Virus record (IMG/VR): IMGVR_UViG_3300021425_004462 | Coordinates: 32,001 to 96,000 of that record | Length of the DNA: 64,000 nt | Strand: one strand, 5' to 3' | Origin: a virus | Shown here: piece after piece, positions 17,412 through 27,129 of the stretch | How the letters are laid out: each line of letters opens with the position of its first letter | Numbering within the stretch: the stretch's first letter is position 1 | The notes under the pieces: model-generated | The model's database searches: none | What the model was told of the DNA's origin: nothing | What the model saw: only the letters and a program-made list of their open reading frames with translations | Position numbers and translations under genes: made by a program

Positions 17412-19489
17412 GAAATAAATTCGTATGTTGGCTTTTGCTGTCTATATGATCTATTATCTAATCTTGAGTCAAGATATTTTCTTATGCTTGTGTCAAAAAC
17501 TTTTCTCATTAAGGGGGTTTCTTGGTTTGGGCATAAATCATCTATCTCTGCAGCAAGCGCTTGACAATTTAGTATGTCAGCTTTAGAAAAATCTATTTCT
17601 CTTGTAAACTTATGAGAGCCCTTTAGTGATGATGGGATTACAACTTCAAAGCCGTTGGGCGTATTGGATTTTATTATTAAATCTTTTTCCTTGGATGAAT
17701 TCAATTGATTTAAGGCTTTTTCTTTTTCTTTTTCTAGTGAATCAATTGACTTTTGTAGTTCTGATATTTGATTCTGATGTGTTTTTAGATTTTTATTTTC
17801 TTCACTTAATTGTTTTTTTTCCTTATTTAATCTTTGTATGTTTTGGTCTTTGTAAGTTATTTTTTGGTTTAATTCTTTAATTAATATTTTATTTTGAGAA
17901 TTTTCTTTTAATGTGTCACTTTCTTTAGATTTCAGTAAATCAATTTCTGATAATATGTCTTGAAGTTTTAACTCGCAAGACTGCATATCTTTCTTTGTTG
18001 CAGAAAGAGCTTCTTTATGATTATTATGTTTAATTGCAATTTTTTTAATTTCTTGAATATCTGTTTTAAATTTTGAAGCTTTATCTAAAACTTTTTTCTT
18101 TTCTATTTTAAGTTCTTCTAATTCAACTTTTCTCTTTTCTCGCTTAGCTTCTAGTTTAGCTATCTCTTCCTTAATTGGTGAATGTTGTTCAATTTCTAGA
18201 GCATATTTTTCAGCTTCTATTTTAGCTTCTCTTGAGGACTCTTTGTATTTTTCAAGCTCTTGTTTGTATAAATTGATTTGAGATTCTTTTAATTCAATGA
18301 TCTTCTCTTCTTGTTCGAGGTCTTTTTTCTTTTCTCTAAGCTGACTTTCTTGTTCTTCAAGTTCTTTGGATAAAATTTTAATCTCAGCATTTTTTGTGAT
18401 TATTTGACTTTCATCTATTTGTAAGCCTGGAAATCTTTTCATTAAGCTGATATGAGCAGCAAGAACAAGTAATACCGCAAGGGGGTCAAATACGAAAATA
18501 AGTATTATTATAACTATTCTTACTGCTTTACCCATATCGAACTCTACCCCAGTGAAATCAGATATAAGTTCAGCAACATATTTAATGGGTCCAACTTCAG
18601 CTTCTAGTTGCCTTGAGCCATCGTCATAATTGAATTTTTCTTTTTCTAATTCATCAATTTTATTTAAAGATTCAGCTATCTTATTATTATATTCTTCTAT
18701 TTTATTTTTGACTTCATCAGGTTTATCAAATCCAATGGATTGATATTCTTGTATTCTTTTTCTGATGTCTGAAATTAAAGAAGATGTCTCGTTTCTGTAT
18801 TTAGATATACGCGCTTCTATTTCACTTTTCTTTTTACTTAATTCAGCTCTTTCCTCTGCTTGGTCTGCAGTAATTTGCTCTAGATCCTTCTTTTTGCTAG
18901 AAAAAAGCCCTCCAGATTTACTTTTAATAGAATTAAGTTCTTCGTTTAATTTATCAATTCTAGATTCAATAGGAATTAACATTTTGTTGTCCAACTCAAT
19001 ATCTTTTTCTAGTTGTTTCGTAAGTTGATCTATCTTTTTTTGTTCTAAATTGATATTTTCTTGGCTTTTGTCGTTTAAGTTTTGATTGCTATTTTCTGCC
19101 TGAGTGATTAGATCTTTTTGTCTTAAAATGAAATCTTTTTCTCTTTGTATTTTATTTTCTACTTGAGTGGCTAGCGCGATATTTTTCTCGGCATTAGCCT
19201 CGTGCTCTATGTGAGACTTAGAAAGGAATCCAAAAATTCCCATGCTGGTAATCCCCATGAGAACTAGTATTGCCGAAAATAAATATATTTTTATAGTTTT
19301 TGGAGCGGAACTCCAATTATTGTGAAGCCATATTGCTGCAATAATTTTTCCAACTTCTAAGGCTGCACCCATAGCTATAACGGCTTCTATTGAGCCGGGG
19401 AAAATTGTAGCTAAACCTATTATGCTAAAATAAGCCGCTATACAAGAAATACTTAATGCGGATAATAATGTCAATATTGCAAAGATCAT
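17408..19489 (-). CDS. Membrane protein with long coiled coils
   Basis: Three N-terminal TM segments (LEVGK, ITSMGIFGFLSKSH), EVGPIKY, IFVFDPLAV TM, K/E-rich heptads. Confidence 0.8.
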   Translation of the reverse strand: MIFAILTLLSALSISCIAAYFSIIGLATIFPGSIEAVIAMGAALEVGKIIAAIWLHNNWSSAPKTIKIYLFSAILVLMGITSMGIFGFLSKSHIEHEANAEKNIALATQVENKIQREKDFILRQKDLITQAENSNQNLNDKSQENINLEQKKIDQLTKQLEKDIELDNKMLIPIESRIDKLNEELNSIKSKSGGLFSSKKKDLEQITADQAEERAELSKKKSEIEARISKYRNETSSLISDIRKRIQEYQSIGFDKPDEVKNKIEEYNNKIAESLNKIDELEKEKFNYDDGSRQLEAEVGPIKYVAELISDFTGVEFDMGKAVRIVIIILIFVFDPLAVLLVLAAHISLMKRFPGLQIDESQIITKNAEIKILSKELEEQESQLREKKKDLEQEEKIIELKESQINLYKQELEKYKESSREAKIEAEKYALEIEQHSPIKEEIAKLEAKREKRKVELEELKIEKKKVLDKASKFKTDIQEIKKIAIKHNNHKEALSATKKDMQSCELKLQDILSEIDLLKSKESDTLKENSQNKILIKELNQKITYKDQNIQRLNKEKKQLSEENKNLKTHQNQISELQKSIDSLEKEKEKALNQLNSSKEKDLIIKSNTPNGFEVVIPSSLKGSHKFTREIDFSKADILNCQALAAEIDDLCPNQETPLMRKVFDTSIRKYLDSRLDNRSYRQQKPTYEFIS

Positions 19490-19725
19490 TGCGGCTTATA
19501 GTTCGAGTTGGGCGGCTGTATTTTGTTAGTAGGATCTACCGTTGATAAACTAGGCCTATTTGAGTTAGCAAAATCGCCTTTGTTATCATTTCCGTAGTAA
19601 CCTTTTTCTCCTTTTTGAAGAGAAGGGTTGTTTTTTTGTTGGCTTGGATAGTCATATTGACCTGGAGATGACTCTCTATTGTCATTCGGGTATCTGAAAT
19701 TTGGGTCTTCGTTTGGTTTACTCAT
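19486..19725 (-). CDS. Hypothetical low-complexity protein
   Basis: GTGTA motif 9 nt upstream; ATGA overlap with the next gene. Confidence 0.65.
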   Translation of the reverse strand: MSKPNEDPNFRYPNDNRESSPGQYDYPSQQKNNPSLQKGEKGYYGNDNKGDFANSNRPSLSTVDPTNKIQPPNSNYKPQ

Positions 19726-19726
19726 A

Positions 19727-19906
19727 TTAGTCTTTACACTCTAAGTCGGTTATTTTCGCGGTAATTGTTTGCCCGTTCTCTAATTCGATAGTTGCAAAGA
19801 TAGCTCCGTCATCTGGCCCTCCGATTTCTTCATATTCATGTATGATTTTTCCGACCATTTCTACGCCATTAACTCTAACTATGCACATTTTGGGTTTTTT
19901 ATTCAT
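19727..19906 (-). CDS. Hypothetical small beta-rich protein; start re-called to ATG 19906
   Basis: GTGTA motif at 19921-19917 is 10 nt before MNKKPK. Confidence 0.65.
   Translation of the reverse strand: MNKKPKMCIVRVNGVEMVGKIIHEYEEIGGPDDGAIFATIELENGQTITAKITDLECKD
19735..19739 (-). promoter_or_regulatory. GTGTA motif 9 nt before ATG 19725
   Basis: Recurrent motif. Confidence 0.6.
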
Positions 19907-19916
19907 TATTCTTATA

Positions 19917-19921
19917 TACAC
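19917..19921 (-). promoter_or_regulatory. GTGTA motif 10 nt before ATG 19906
   Basis: Recurrent motif. Confidence 0.65.
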
Positions 19922-19936
19922 TATCATTGTCTTTAG

Positions 19937-19985
19937 AAAGTTCAAAAGTTAACTTTGGACTTTTATTAGACTTTGCTTTAACTTT
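19937..19985. repeat. Cluster of RACTTT/AAAGTT hexamers
   Basis: AAAGTT at 19937 and 19945; AACTTT 19951; GACTTT 19958 and 19969; AACTTT 19980. Confidence 0.7.
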
Positions 19986-19986
19986 T

Positions 19987-19991
19987 GTGTA
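19987..19991 (+). promoter_or_regulatory. GTGTA motif 9 nt before portal ATG 20001
   Basis: Recurrent motif. Confidence 0.7.
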
Positions 19992-20000
19992 TTATAATTG

Positions 20001-21986
20001 ATGAGCAAGAGAAAATACGTAAAGCGTTCGGATTATTGGAATAAATTTAATAAACAATCTGAGCCAGATTTGAATTCTTTAATTAATATACCTATTTCAG
20101 AGCCTTTTAGTTCGGGCGAGCCTTATTACTCGGAGTCGACGGCCTCTAGCTATATGAGAACTGAATCTAAATCAGATGGCCTAGCTTCGAGGAGAAACTC
20201 TGTTCATAAAAGTAATAAAAAGTTTAGGTTTTCTAATATAGCTGGAGGAATGCTTCCTTATGTTTATGGTAATGATGGGGTTAATGTAAGAGATACAATA
20301 GAGCTTTGTCAGAAAGCTTATGCCAATATATCTGTTTTTAGAAATGCTATTGATGTAATGTCTGAGTTTGCTAATTCAAATCTTTATCTTGAGGGAGGGA
20401 CTCAAAAATCTAGAGACTTTATATACAAATGGTTTGATAAGGTTAACTTGTGGAACCTTAAAGATCAATATTTCAGGGAATACTATAGAAGTGGTAATAT
20501 ATTTTTATATAGAGTAGATGGAGAATTTTCTAAAACAGATTTTGATAAATTGAGTAAAATATATGGGTCAACGATATCTTTGAAGCCTGGCAAATTGCCC
20601 GTAAAGTATATCGTTCTAAATCCTTACGATATTGTGGCGGCGAGAGGGTCTTCGTTTGAAACTGCATTGTATGAAAAAATATTATCTGAATATGATATTG
20701 AAAGATTAAAAAATCCAAAGACTGAATATGATCAACAAGTCTATGAAGCTTTAGATGATGCTACTAAAGAAAAAATTAAAAATGGAAAGTATAATCAAGA
20801 CGGAATTAGGGTAAAATTAGATCCTGGGCATTTAGTATATTCTTTTTATAAAAAACAAGATTATGAGCCTTTTGCAATTCCTTTTGGGTATCCCGTATTG
20901 GATGATATTAATTTTAAATTAGAGTTAAAGAAGATTGATCAAGCTATTTGTAGAACAATAGAAAATGTAATTCTTCTCATCACAATGGGCGCAGAGCCTG
21001 ATAAGGGCGGCATTAATCCTAGAAATATGGAAGCGATGCAAAATTTATTTAAAAACGAAAGCGTAGGAAGGGTGCTTGTGAGCGATTATACAACTAAGGC
21101 TCAATTTATTATTCCTGATATTGGTAAAGTTGTTGGTCCTGCAAAATATGAAGTTATTAATAATGACATTAAAGAGGGTTTGCAGAATGTTATTGTTGGT
21201 GATGAACGATATAGTAATACTCAGGTTAAGGCTAAAATATTTTTAGAAAGATTGAAGGAATCTAGAAACGCTTTTATTTACGATTTTCTTCAACCGCAAA
21301 TTAAAATGATTTGCCAAAACTTGGGATTCAGGAAGTATCCTAAAGTAAAATTTGAAGAAACAGATATAAAAGATGAAGTGCAACTTCAAAGAGTTGCAAC
21401 AAGATTGATGGAGTTAGGAATTATAACTCCGCAACAAGGTATGACCGCTTTAGAGAAAGGTATATATCCTGATCCTGAAGAATTAGAATCTGCTCAAAGA
21501 GAGTATGTTGAACAAAGGAAAGACGGTTTGTATAATCCTATAGTTGGAGGGGTACCAATGATAACTCCCGGAACAGATGACTCTCCGACTTCTAAAGAAA
21601 ATCAAGTTAAGAATGAAGTTGGTAGGCCGGTAGGGACTTCAGATATTCCTCAGGAATCAACTGCGGCTTTATTTAGTAGAGAAAATATACAAGATGTAAT
21701 TTATAGTTCTGAAAACCTTCAGAGGTTTGCTGTTTTAGAAATGAAAAATAAACTTGGAAAAAAGAGACTTAAGAAGGGAGAAAAAAATATGGTTGATGAG
21801 CTTTGTCAATCAGTTATACTTTCGACGGATACAGATAATTGGGAGAATCAAATAGAGGAATGTATTAATGATCCAAATAATATAGAAAGTTTGTACCCTA
21901 TGGCTGGGGTTCAGGATTTAGCATCTGAGCATGGGCTTGATCTATATTCTGCTGCATTGTTATATCACAGTAAGAAAAGGACTTAA
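20001..21986 (+). CDS. Portal protein
   Basis: VFRNAIDVMSEF, EYYRSGNIFLY, KKQDYEPFAIPF, LMELGII and GRP motifs; size typical of large-phage portals. Confidence 0.75.
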   Translation: MSKRKYVKRSDYWNKFNKQSEPDLNSLINIPISEPFSSGEPYYSESTASSYMRTESKSDGLASRRNSVHKSNKKFRFSNIAGGMLPYVYGNDGVNVRDTIELCQKAYANISVFRNAIDVMSEFANSNLYLEGGTQKSRDFIYKWFDKVNLWNLKDQYFREYYRSGNIFLYRVDGEFSKTDFDKLSKIYGSTISLKPGKLPVKYIVLNPYDIVAARGSSFETALYEKILSEYDIERLKNPKTEYDQQVYEALDDATKEKIKNGKYNQDGIRVKLDPGHLVYSFYKKQDYEPFAIPFGYPVLDDINFKLELKKIDQAICRTIENVILLITMGAEPDKGGINPRNMEAMQNLFKNESVGRVLVSDYTTKAQFIIPDIGKVVGPAKYEVINNDIKEGLQNVIVGDERYSNTQVKAKIFLERLKESRNAFIYDFLQPQIKMICQNLGFRKYPKVKFEETDIKDEVQLQRVATRLMELGIITPQQGMTALEKGIYPDPEELESAQREYVEQRKDGLYNPIVGGVPMITPGTDDSPTSKENQVKNEVGRPVGTSDIPQESTAALFSRENIQDVIYSSENLQRFAVLEMKNKLGKKRLKKGEKNMVDELCQSVILSTDTDNWENQIEECINDPNNIESLYPMAGVQDLASEHGLDLYSAALLYHSKKRT

Positions 21987-21988
21987 TC

Positions 21989-23083
21989 ATGGGCGCCTTC
22001 GAGACTTTCGTAAATGCTAACTTAGGTATAAGAAAGCCTTTGATCCTTGACGTAGGACATCCTACTGAAAGCTCTAAGGCGGCAGGTATTGTTGGCTCTG
22101 AGTATGTTGATACTCAAACTAATAATGTTTACGAAAAAACTGGAGAAAATAATCTAGAAGATTGGGTTTATGTTAGAACCCTAGGTGACTCGCTAAGAAT
22201 AGACGTCATTAATTTAGATCAACGGGTTGATGAATTAGAGGAGCTGAATAAGGACACTTTAATTTTAAATAAAAGTTCTGCTGCTCAAAATTTTTCATCA
22301 ACCGTTAATTTACCGAATAATATTACCGATTTAAATATAAGCTATGAATCCTTAGGTAATGATGTAGTTTATTTATCCTCTCCTAGGGTTTTTGCTTCGC
22401 TGAGATTTGACTCGGAGCCGAATTCTTTTTATGTATATAATATATTTAATGTAACAACAAGTGATTTTAGTATACAGTTTTCCGATAATGTAATTGAGCC
22501 TGATTGTAAATTAGATATACTTATTTCTGCGTCTGCAAGTCAAATTAGTGGGTACGTAGAGGGAACGACTGGAGATACTGGTGGGACAACTGGAGATACT
22601 GGAGATACTGGAGGAGTAACTGGAGATATTAGCGGGACTTCCTTCGTTTGGTTTAATGAGGTTGATGACCGCTTAATTATAAGAAATACTGTTTTAAAAA
22701 CTGAAGACCCTGCATTAACTTATTGGGAGTACGACGGAAACTATATTAAGCCTCTAGAGTCTGGTTCTTTGTTTAGTGGAGATTACTCTCAGTTTTTTAT
22801 TGAAACGGGTCAAAATATTACTTTATTTGATGAAGCAACAGACGAGTCTTATACTATTAATGACGGCGAAGCTCCTGTAGGAGGTGATGCCCAATCTGTG
22901 ACATTCTTTTCCTCAGAAGATCAAACATTAACAATGCTAGAGTCTCCAGAAGTTTTAACAGATCCTGCTATAGAACTTTTTGAAACAGGAAATAACTCCT
23001 TGATTCCTTTGGGGTCGCCACAAGAAACGCAAGTAGATTCTCAATATTTCCAAGAAACAGGAGATTATGTAACTATAATTTAA
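21989..23083 (+). CDS. Acidic virion-like protein with H-lectin-like domain and TG-rich linker
   Basis: GSEYVDT.T.NVYEKTG, SPRVFASL..NVTTSDFSIQFS, TTGDTGG repeats, (W/F)E.....L.P repeats. Confidence 0.55.
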   Translation: MGAFETFVNANLGIRKPLILDVGHPTESSKAAGIVGSEYVDTQTNNVYEKTGENNLEDWVYVRTLGDSLRIDVINLDQRVDELEELNKDTLILNKSSAAQNFSSTVNLPNNITDLNISYESLGNDVVYLSSPRVFASLRFDSEPNSFYVYNIFNVTTSDFSIQFSDNVIEPDCKLDILISASASQISGYVEGTTGDTGGTTGDTGDTGGVTGDISGTSFVWFNEVDDRLIIRNTVLKTEDPALTYWEYDGNYIKPLESGSLFSGDYSQFFIETGQNITLFDEATDESYTINDGEAPVGGDAQSVTFFSSEDQTLTMLESPEVLTDPAIELFETGNNSLIPLGSPQETQVDSQYFQETGDYVTII

Positions 23084-23089
23084 AAAAAT

Positions 23090-23094
23090 GTGTA
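23090..23094 (+). promoter_or_regulatory. GTGTA motif 9 nt before ATG 23104
   Basis: Recurrent motif. Confidence 0.7.
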
Positions 23095-23103
23095 TAATAT
23101 AAC

Positions 23104-23619
23104 ATGTCAACAAAAAGTATAATTCCTAGAGGTAGCGGAGAAGGTGGGCTTGGTCTTAATGATGTTAGGTGGGGCGAAGCTTATTTTGATAACGGTCATT
23201 TCAATAGTTTAGAAATTAGCGGGAAAAGAGTTCTCGTTGAAGGTGATGCTCAAGGAGGGTCTTCTCAGGATTTGAGTAATTTTCATGAAAAAAATTCTGA
23301 TGGAGGATTGACTGTTACTGGACAGGTAAATCTTTCGGGGCATATTATCCCGCTAGAAAACGCTCAATTCGATTTGGGTTCTGCAGAGAAAAAAATCAGA
23401 CATCTGTTTTTGAGTGATAATTCTATGTTTATAGGGGACCAGTCAATTTCTGTGGATGATAATAAGAATTTATTACTACCTTCTGGAATAAAACTGGGAG
23501 GAGAAAATGGTTTAAGTATAACTCAAAACCAAGATGGAAGAATAGTTTTCCCAGAGCAGGGATTTGTTATTGGCGGGGGAGACGGTTCTAACGAATTGAT
23601 TGATGGTGGGTATTTTTAA
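23104..23619 (+). CDS. Short tail-fibre-like protein
   Basis: GHIIP..NAQFDLGSAEKKIRHLFLS fibre repeat; C-terminal IDGGYF. Confidence 0.65.
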   Translation: MSTKSIIPRGSGEGGLGLNDVRWGEAYFDNGHFNSLEISGKRVLVEGDAQGGSSQDLSNFHEKNSDGGLTVTGQVNLSGHIIPLENAQFDLGSAEKKIRHLFLSDNSMFIGDQSISVDDNKNLLLPSGIKLGGENGLSITQNQDGRIVFPEQGFVIGGGDGSNELIDGGYF

Positions 23620-23621
23620 TC

Positions 23622-24302
23622 TTATATTGGTTTTAAATTTTTTGTCAATATTTCAAATATAGAATTTTTTATACCTTCGTTACCTTTTCCCCATTTATAC
23701 ATAACGTCATTTCTAATTTGACCCATTTGCTGTTCTATCTTTTGAATTTCTTTTTTGAGTAGATCTATGATTTCCGGAGATATTTTTTTGATATCTATAT
23801 TTAATTCTAGGGCGACTTTAAGTATTTTTCTAAAATCTCCATTCTGTTTTCCCTCCACGACTTCATTGTAGAGGTCTAGCCTTTCTTCTAGTTCTTCCCC
23901 TGTTAGATCTTTGTTTAAGTCTGGATGGGTTTTCTTGACCACTTCTCTGAATAAGTTATTCACTTCTTCATTTGATAATTCAGTAGATCTATCTTTTTTA
24001 TCAGGAACGGATTCAAAGGGGTGTTTTATTTTTTTATTGTCGCAGTACTCTATCATTTTTGCTATGAAGTCTCTACGTATTTCTTCAAATTCTTCAACTA
24101 ATTCTTCGTGCTCTAGATTTAAATATATTGCTTTGTGTCGTAATTTATTAAATATTTTTTTTAGTTTTTTTTGAGCTTCTGGTGCAGAATATTTAACGGG
24201 TAAATTTTCTTTTGTATATTTTTTATTGCTAGGTTCGTGTTTACCTAGCGGATGTTTTTCTCTTTCTGAAAACAAATCGTCAAACAAATCTTTTCTATTC
24301 AT
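23622..24302 (-). CDS. J-domain (DnaJ-like) protein
   Basis: LFREVVKKTHPDL with flanking helices. Confidence 0.75.
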   Translation of the reverse strand: MNRKDLFDDLFSEREKHPLGKHEPSNKKYTKENLPVKYSAPEAQKKLKKIFNKLRHKAIYLNLEHEELVEEFEEIRRDFIAKMIEYCDNKKIKHPFESVPDKKDRSTELSNEEVNNLFREVVKKTHPDLNKDLTGEELEERLDLYNEVVEGKQNGDFRKILKVALELNIDIKKISPEIIDLLKKEIQKIEQQMGQIRNDVMYKWGKGNEGIKNSIFEILTKNLKPI

Positions 24303-24311
24303 ATATTATTT

Positions 24312-24316
24312 TACAC
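24312..24316 (-). promoter_or_regulatory. GTGTA motif 9 nt before ATG 24302, directly after a terminator T-tract
   Basis: Recurrent motif. Confidence 0.7.
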
Positions 24317-24342
24317 AAAAAAAGGCGACCCAAAGGGTCGCC
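24317..24342 (-). terminator. Intrinsic terminator
   Basis: GGCGACCC-TTT-GGGTCGCC hairpin followed by T7 on the minus strand. Confidence 0.85.
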
Positions 24343-24372
24343 CGAGATAACTAAATATCTTTCTCGTAGATG

Positions 24373-25104
24373 TTACGCAATAGAAGCGATGAGCTCTACT
24401 GTATAATTTGAAGAAGGTGTGCTGTCTGCAAATGTTACAGTGGCTGCAGTCGTGCTTACTGAACTAACCATGCATGCGATAATTGGATCACTAGAATTAG
24501 AGCTTTTGAGCTGAGCTACAACGATTGGAGTTGAGCTAAATGTGCGACCAAAGCTAATTGATCCGGAATTGTCGACACCGTTACCTACGCTTGTGCTAAC
24601 TGCGACTACATCATTAGTTGATATATTGTGAGCCAAGCTAGAAATGTCAACATCAAGGTCAGATGTTCCATCTGAGTTTATAGCAGCAAGACTGGAGATA
24701 TCAACATTAACATCTGACAAGTTGTCGGTGTCTACAGCATTTAAGCTAGAAATGTCAGCATTAAGATCTGACAAGTTGTCGGTGTCTACAGAATTTAAGC
24801 TAGAAATGTCAGCATTAAGATCTGACAAGTTGTCGGTGTCTACAGCATTTAAGCTAGAAATGTCAGCATTAAGATCTGACAAGTTGTCGGTGTCTACAGC
24901 ATTTAAGCTAGAAATGTCAGCATTAAGATCTGACAAGTTGTCGGTGTCTACGGTTTGAAGGCTGGAGATATCCGCTTCAATTGTGCCGCGTGACATAAGT
25001 GTGCTGCCTTGTGCACTTTTGATTTCAAAAGCGCCAGCAGAACTCGCTTCAAGGAGGAGATTACCTCCAAGATTTAATGACTCGGTACGAAATACTTTTG
25101 CCAT
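24373..25104 (-). CDS. Fibre-like protein: 18-aa DISSL coiled-coil repeats plus C-terminal H-lectin-like domain; start re-called to ATG 25104
   Basis: DISSLNAVDTDNLSDLNA repeats; ISFGRTFSSTPIVVAQ..VSTTAATVTF; GTGTA motif 9 nt upstream. Confidence 0.75.
   Translation of the reverse strand: MAKVFRTESLNLGGNLLLEASSAGAFEIKSAQGSTLMSRGTIEADISSLQTVDTDNLSDLNADISSLNAVDTDNLSDLNADISSLNAVDTDNLSDLNADISSLNSVDTDNLSDLNADISSLNAVDTDNLSDVNVDISSLAAINSDGTSDLDVDISSLAHNISTNDVVAVSTSVGNGVDNSGSISFGRTFSSTPIVVAQLKSSNSSDPIIACMVSSVSTTAATVTFADSTPSSNYTVELIASIA
24634..24972 (-). repeat. 54-bp coding tandem repeat (6 units plus a partial)
   Basis: Near-identical units encoding DISSLNAVDTDNLSDLNA. Confidence 0.95.
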
Positions 25105-25113
25105 ATATTGATA

Positions 25114-25118
25114 TACAC
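25114..25118 (-). promoter_or_regulatory. GTGTA motif 9 nt before ATG 25104
   Basis: Recurrent motif. Confidence 0.7.
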
Positions 25119-25149
25119 GCAAAAATTATTAAATTGAGAATTTTTATTT

Positions 25150-27129
25150 TTATTTAAAGTTGCTCCAATAGCTTATAAATATTTTTTTTAATTGAAGTGG
25201 GTACGACATAAAATGTAATATAAATGTGTTATTATTTACAAATCTGGGGTCAGTATTGAATTCGTTCATTTCAAATATTTTTCTATTAAATCCCGCCGAA
25301 TCTGATCTTTTAAGTATTTGACAAAATATTTCTTGATCTCCTCCACTAGCATATAATGAAGATTTATCCCCCTGGAAATCTCGCCATCTTTTTATTAAGT
25401 TTTTTGTATATTGGTGCGATTTAAATAATAATACTCCGCTGTTTAGCATGGAATTGTTGCCAATATCCTTGGTTGCTAAGATAAATTTTTTAGGAGCTTT
25501 TTGGATTATGCTTTCAAATCTTTTTTCTGGATTAAAGATTAATGTATCGGAATCCATCCATACTATATATTCATGATTATCAATATGATTTAGTAGCGCT
25601 TGCGCTTTCGACCAGTTTGGATTAGATTCTTTTTCAAGTTTTTCGCGGTAAATATAAAATGTATAACCTTGCTTTTCGCAATATTCTTTTATGCATTTTT
25701 CTGAGTAAATGGCATAGTCAGATATTTCTTTTGTGTATAAACTAACTATAGCTATTTTTTGATTTGGATTATATGTGTTGAATTTATTTTTGGGAATTTC
25801 TGCTTTGGGTAATTGATTCGAGATATATTTTAGGAAATTGTAATCTTTGAAATTTTTCCATTGATCTTTGAGTTCAATAAATTGTTGTTGTTTTGTTTTT
25901 AAAAGAGGATTGATTGCGTGTTGAATTAAATTTTCATCACAACAAAAGCATATATTATATGTCTTGCGGGTTGTAATTATTTCTTTAATTTTTTGTTTAA
26001 TGTTTGATTTTTGCTTGTCCCACCAAGAAGCTAGCTTTAGGCGGTACTCATTCTGCCACTCATTTTTTTTTGACAATACCATAATTTCATCTGCAGCTTT
26101 ATCCCAATCAGAAAATTGTATCAATGGGTGATCACTGCCAAATAAATCGTTCCAATATTCATCTGCCTCGATAATAGGAATGCTCCCACCCTCAATAGCT
26201 TCATATAATCTGAACGTATCTGGATTGGTGCGTCCCTTGGGGCAGATAGTAAAAATAGATTGTTCAATTATTTTTTTATACCTTATAATATCAATACTAT
26301 CGTTGGATAGCCAGGACTTATTTACGTTAAGGAAATAAGGAGCGTCAATTTTGCTAAGACTTTTTATTATGTTTTTTCTATTTCCTTTTTTATAAGTTTG
26401 ACCCATGAAGTTCCAGATGTATTTTTTTTGGGTCATATTAAAATATTTTTCATTCATTATTCGTGGGTACATTTTTCGATCTTCCTTTATAATAGTTCGA
26501 ATACCACTATCTTTAGAACTGGTAGATCCTTTATATTCAACATTCATTTCGAAACCTCGAATCAGGAAGTTGTTTAGTTTGTGATATCTAAAACAAAAAA
26601 AAGTAAATATATCTCCATACCAATGTTTTATTTCTTCTGGAATATATGTAAAGTCAGCTTTAAAAAAGCAGAAAAACATTCCAGGTCCATGGTTGATTAC
26701 TGTCTTATAAGGTGTTAGCTCTTTATGGTTGGGGAAATTACTATAATGAAACTCGTGATTTTTATCTGTCACAAGTTTTCCGTTTATGCTATTTGGGTCC
26801 ATGAATATACCTCCAACTTTGTTGGGTATATTATTTAATATAAAATTAAATATATCGCAATCGATTAAGTTGTCGTCATTAATGATGCAACACAATTCGT
26901 TTTTAGCTCTATCTACTCCAAGGTTGGCGCTTGCATTAAAGTATAAACCTGTGCTTTGTCGTAGAATTTTAACTTTATTAAAGCTGTATATCCATTCGGG
27001 AGTATTTTCGATTCTATTGTCGATAATTAATATTTCATCAATATCACCTGTGTTGTCTAAATCACAAATTAATTTTTGCATTAATTTATTGGCTTGCCAA
27101 ACGGTGGGAATTATTACTGAAAATTTCAT
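25150..27129 (-). CDS. Multidomain glycosyltransferase: GT2-like + exostosin (GT47)-like C-terminal half + GT34 (GMA12/MNN10)-like; start probably ATG 27129
   Basis: MKFSVIIPT..IINDD; CPKG..PDTFRLYEAIEGGSIPI; WSK..VWMDSD..NSGV..GDQ. Confidence 0.8.
   Translation of the reverse strand: MKFSVIIPTVWQANKLMQKLICDLDNTGDIDEILIIDNRIENTPEWIYSFNKVKILRQSTGLYFNASANLGVDRAKNELCCIINDDNLIDCDIFNFILNNIPNKVGGIFMDPNSINGKLVTDKNHEFHYSNFPNHKELTPYKTVINHGPGMFFCFFKADFTYIPEEIKHWYGDIFTFFCFRYHKLNNFLIRGFEMNVEYKGSTSSKDSGIRTIIKEDRKMYPRIMNEKYFNMTQKKYIWNFMGQTYKKGNRKNIIKSLSKIDAPYFLNVNKSWLSNDSIDIIRYKKIIEQSIFTICPKGRTNPDTFRLYEAIEGGSIPIIEADEYWNDLFGSDHPLIQFSDWDKAADEIMVLSKKNEWQNEYRLKLASWWDKQKSNIKQKIKEIITTRKTYNICFCCDENLIQHAINPLLKTKQQQFIELKDQWKNFKDYNFLKYISNQLPKAEIPKNKFNTYNPNQKIAIVSLYTKEISDYAIYSEKCIKEYCEKQGYTFYIYREKLEKESNPNWSKAQALLNHIDNHEYIVWMDSDTLIFNPEKRFESIIQKAPKKFILATKDIGNNSMLNSGVLLFKSHQYTKNLIKRWRDFQGDKSSLYASGGDQEIFCQILKRSDSAGFNRKIFEMNEFNTDPRFVNNNTFILHFMSYPLQLKKIFISYWSNFK

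Noticed and set aside
24644-24958. Plus-strand 104-aa repeat ORF
   Set aside because: Antisense shadow of the DISSL repeat gene
24634-24972. Tandem repeats as a possible CRISPR array
   Set aside because: Contiguous 54-bp in-frame coding units with no unique spacers
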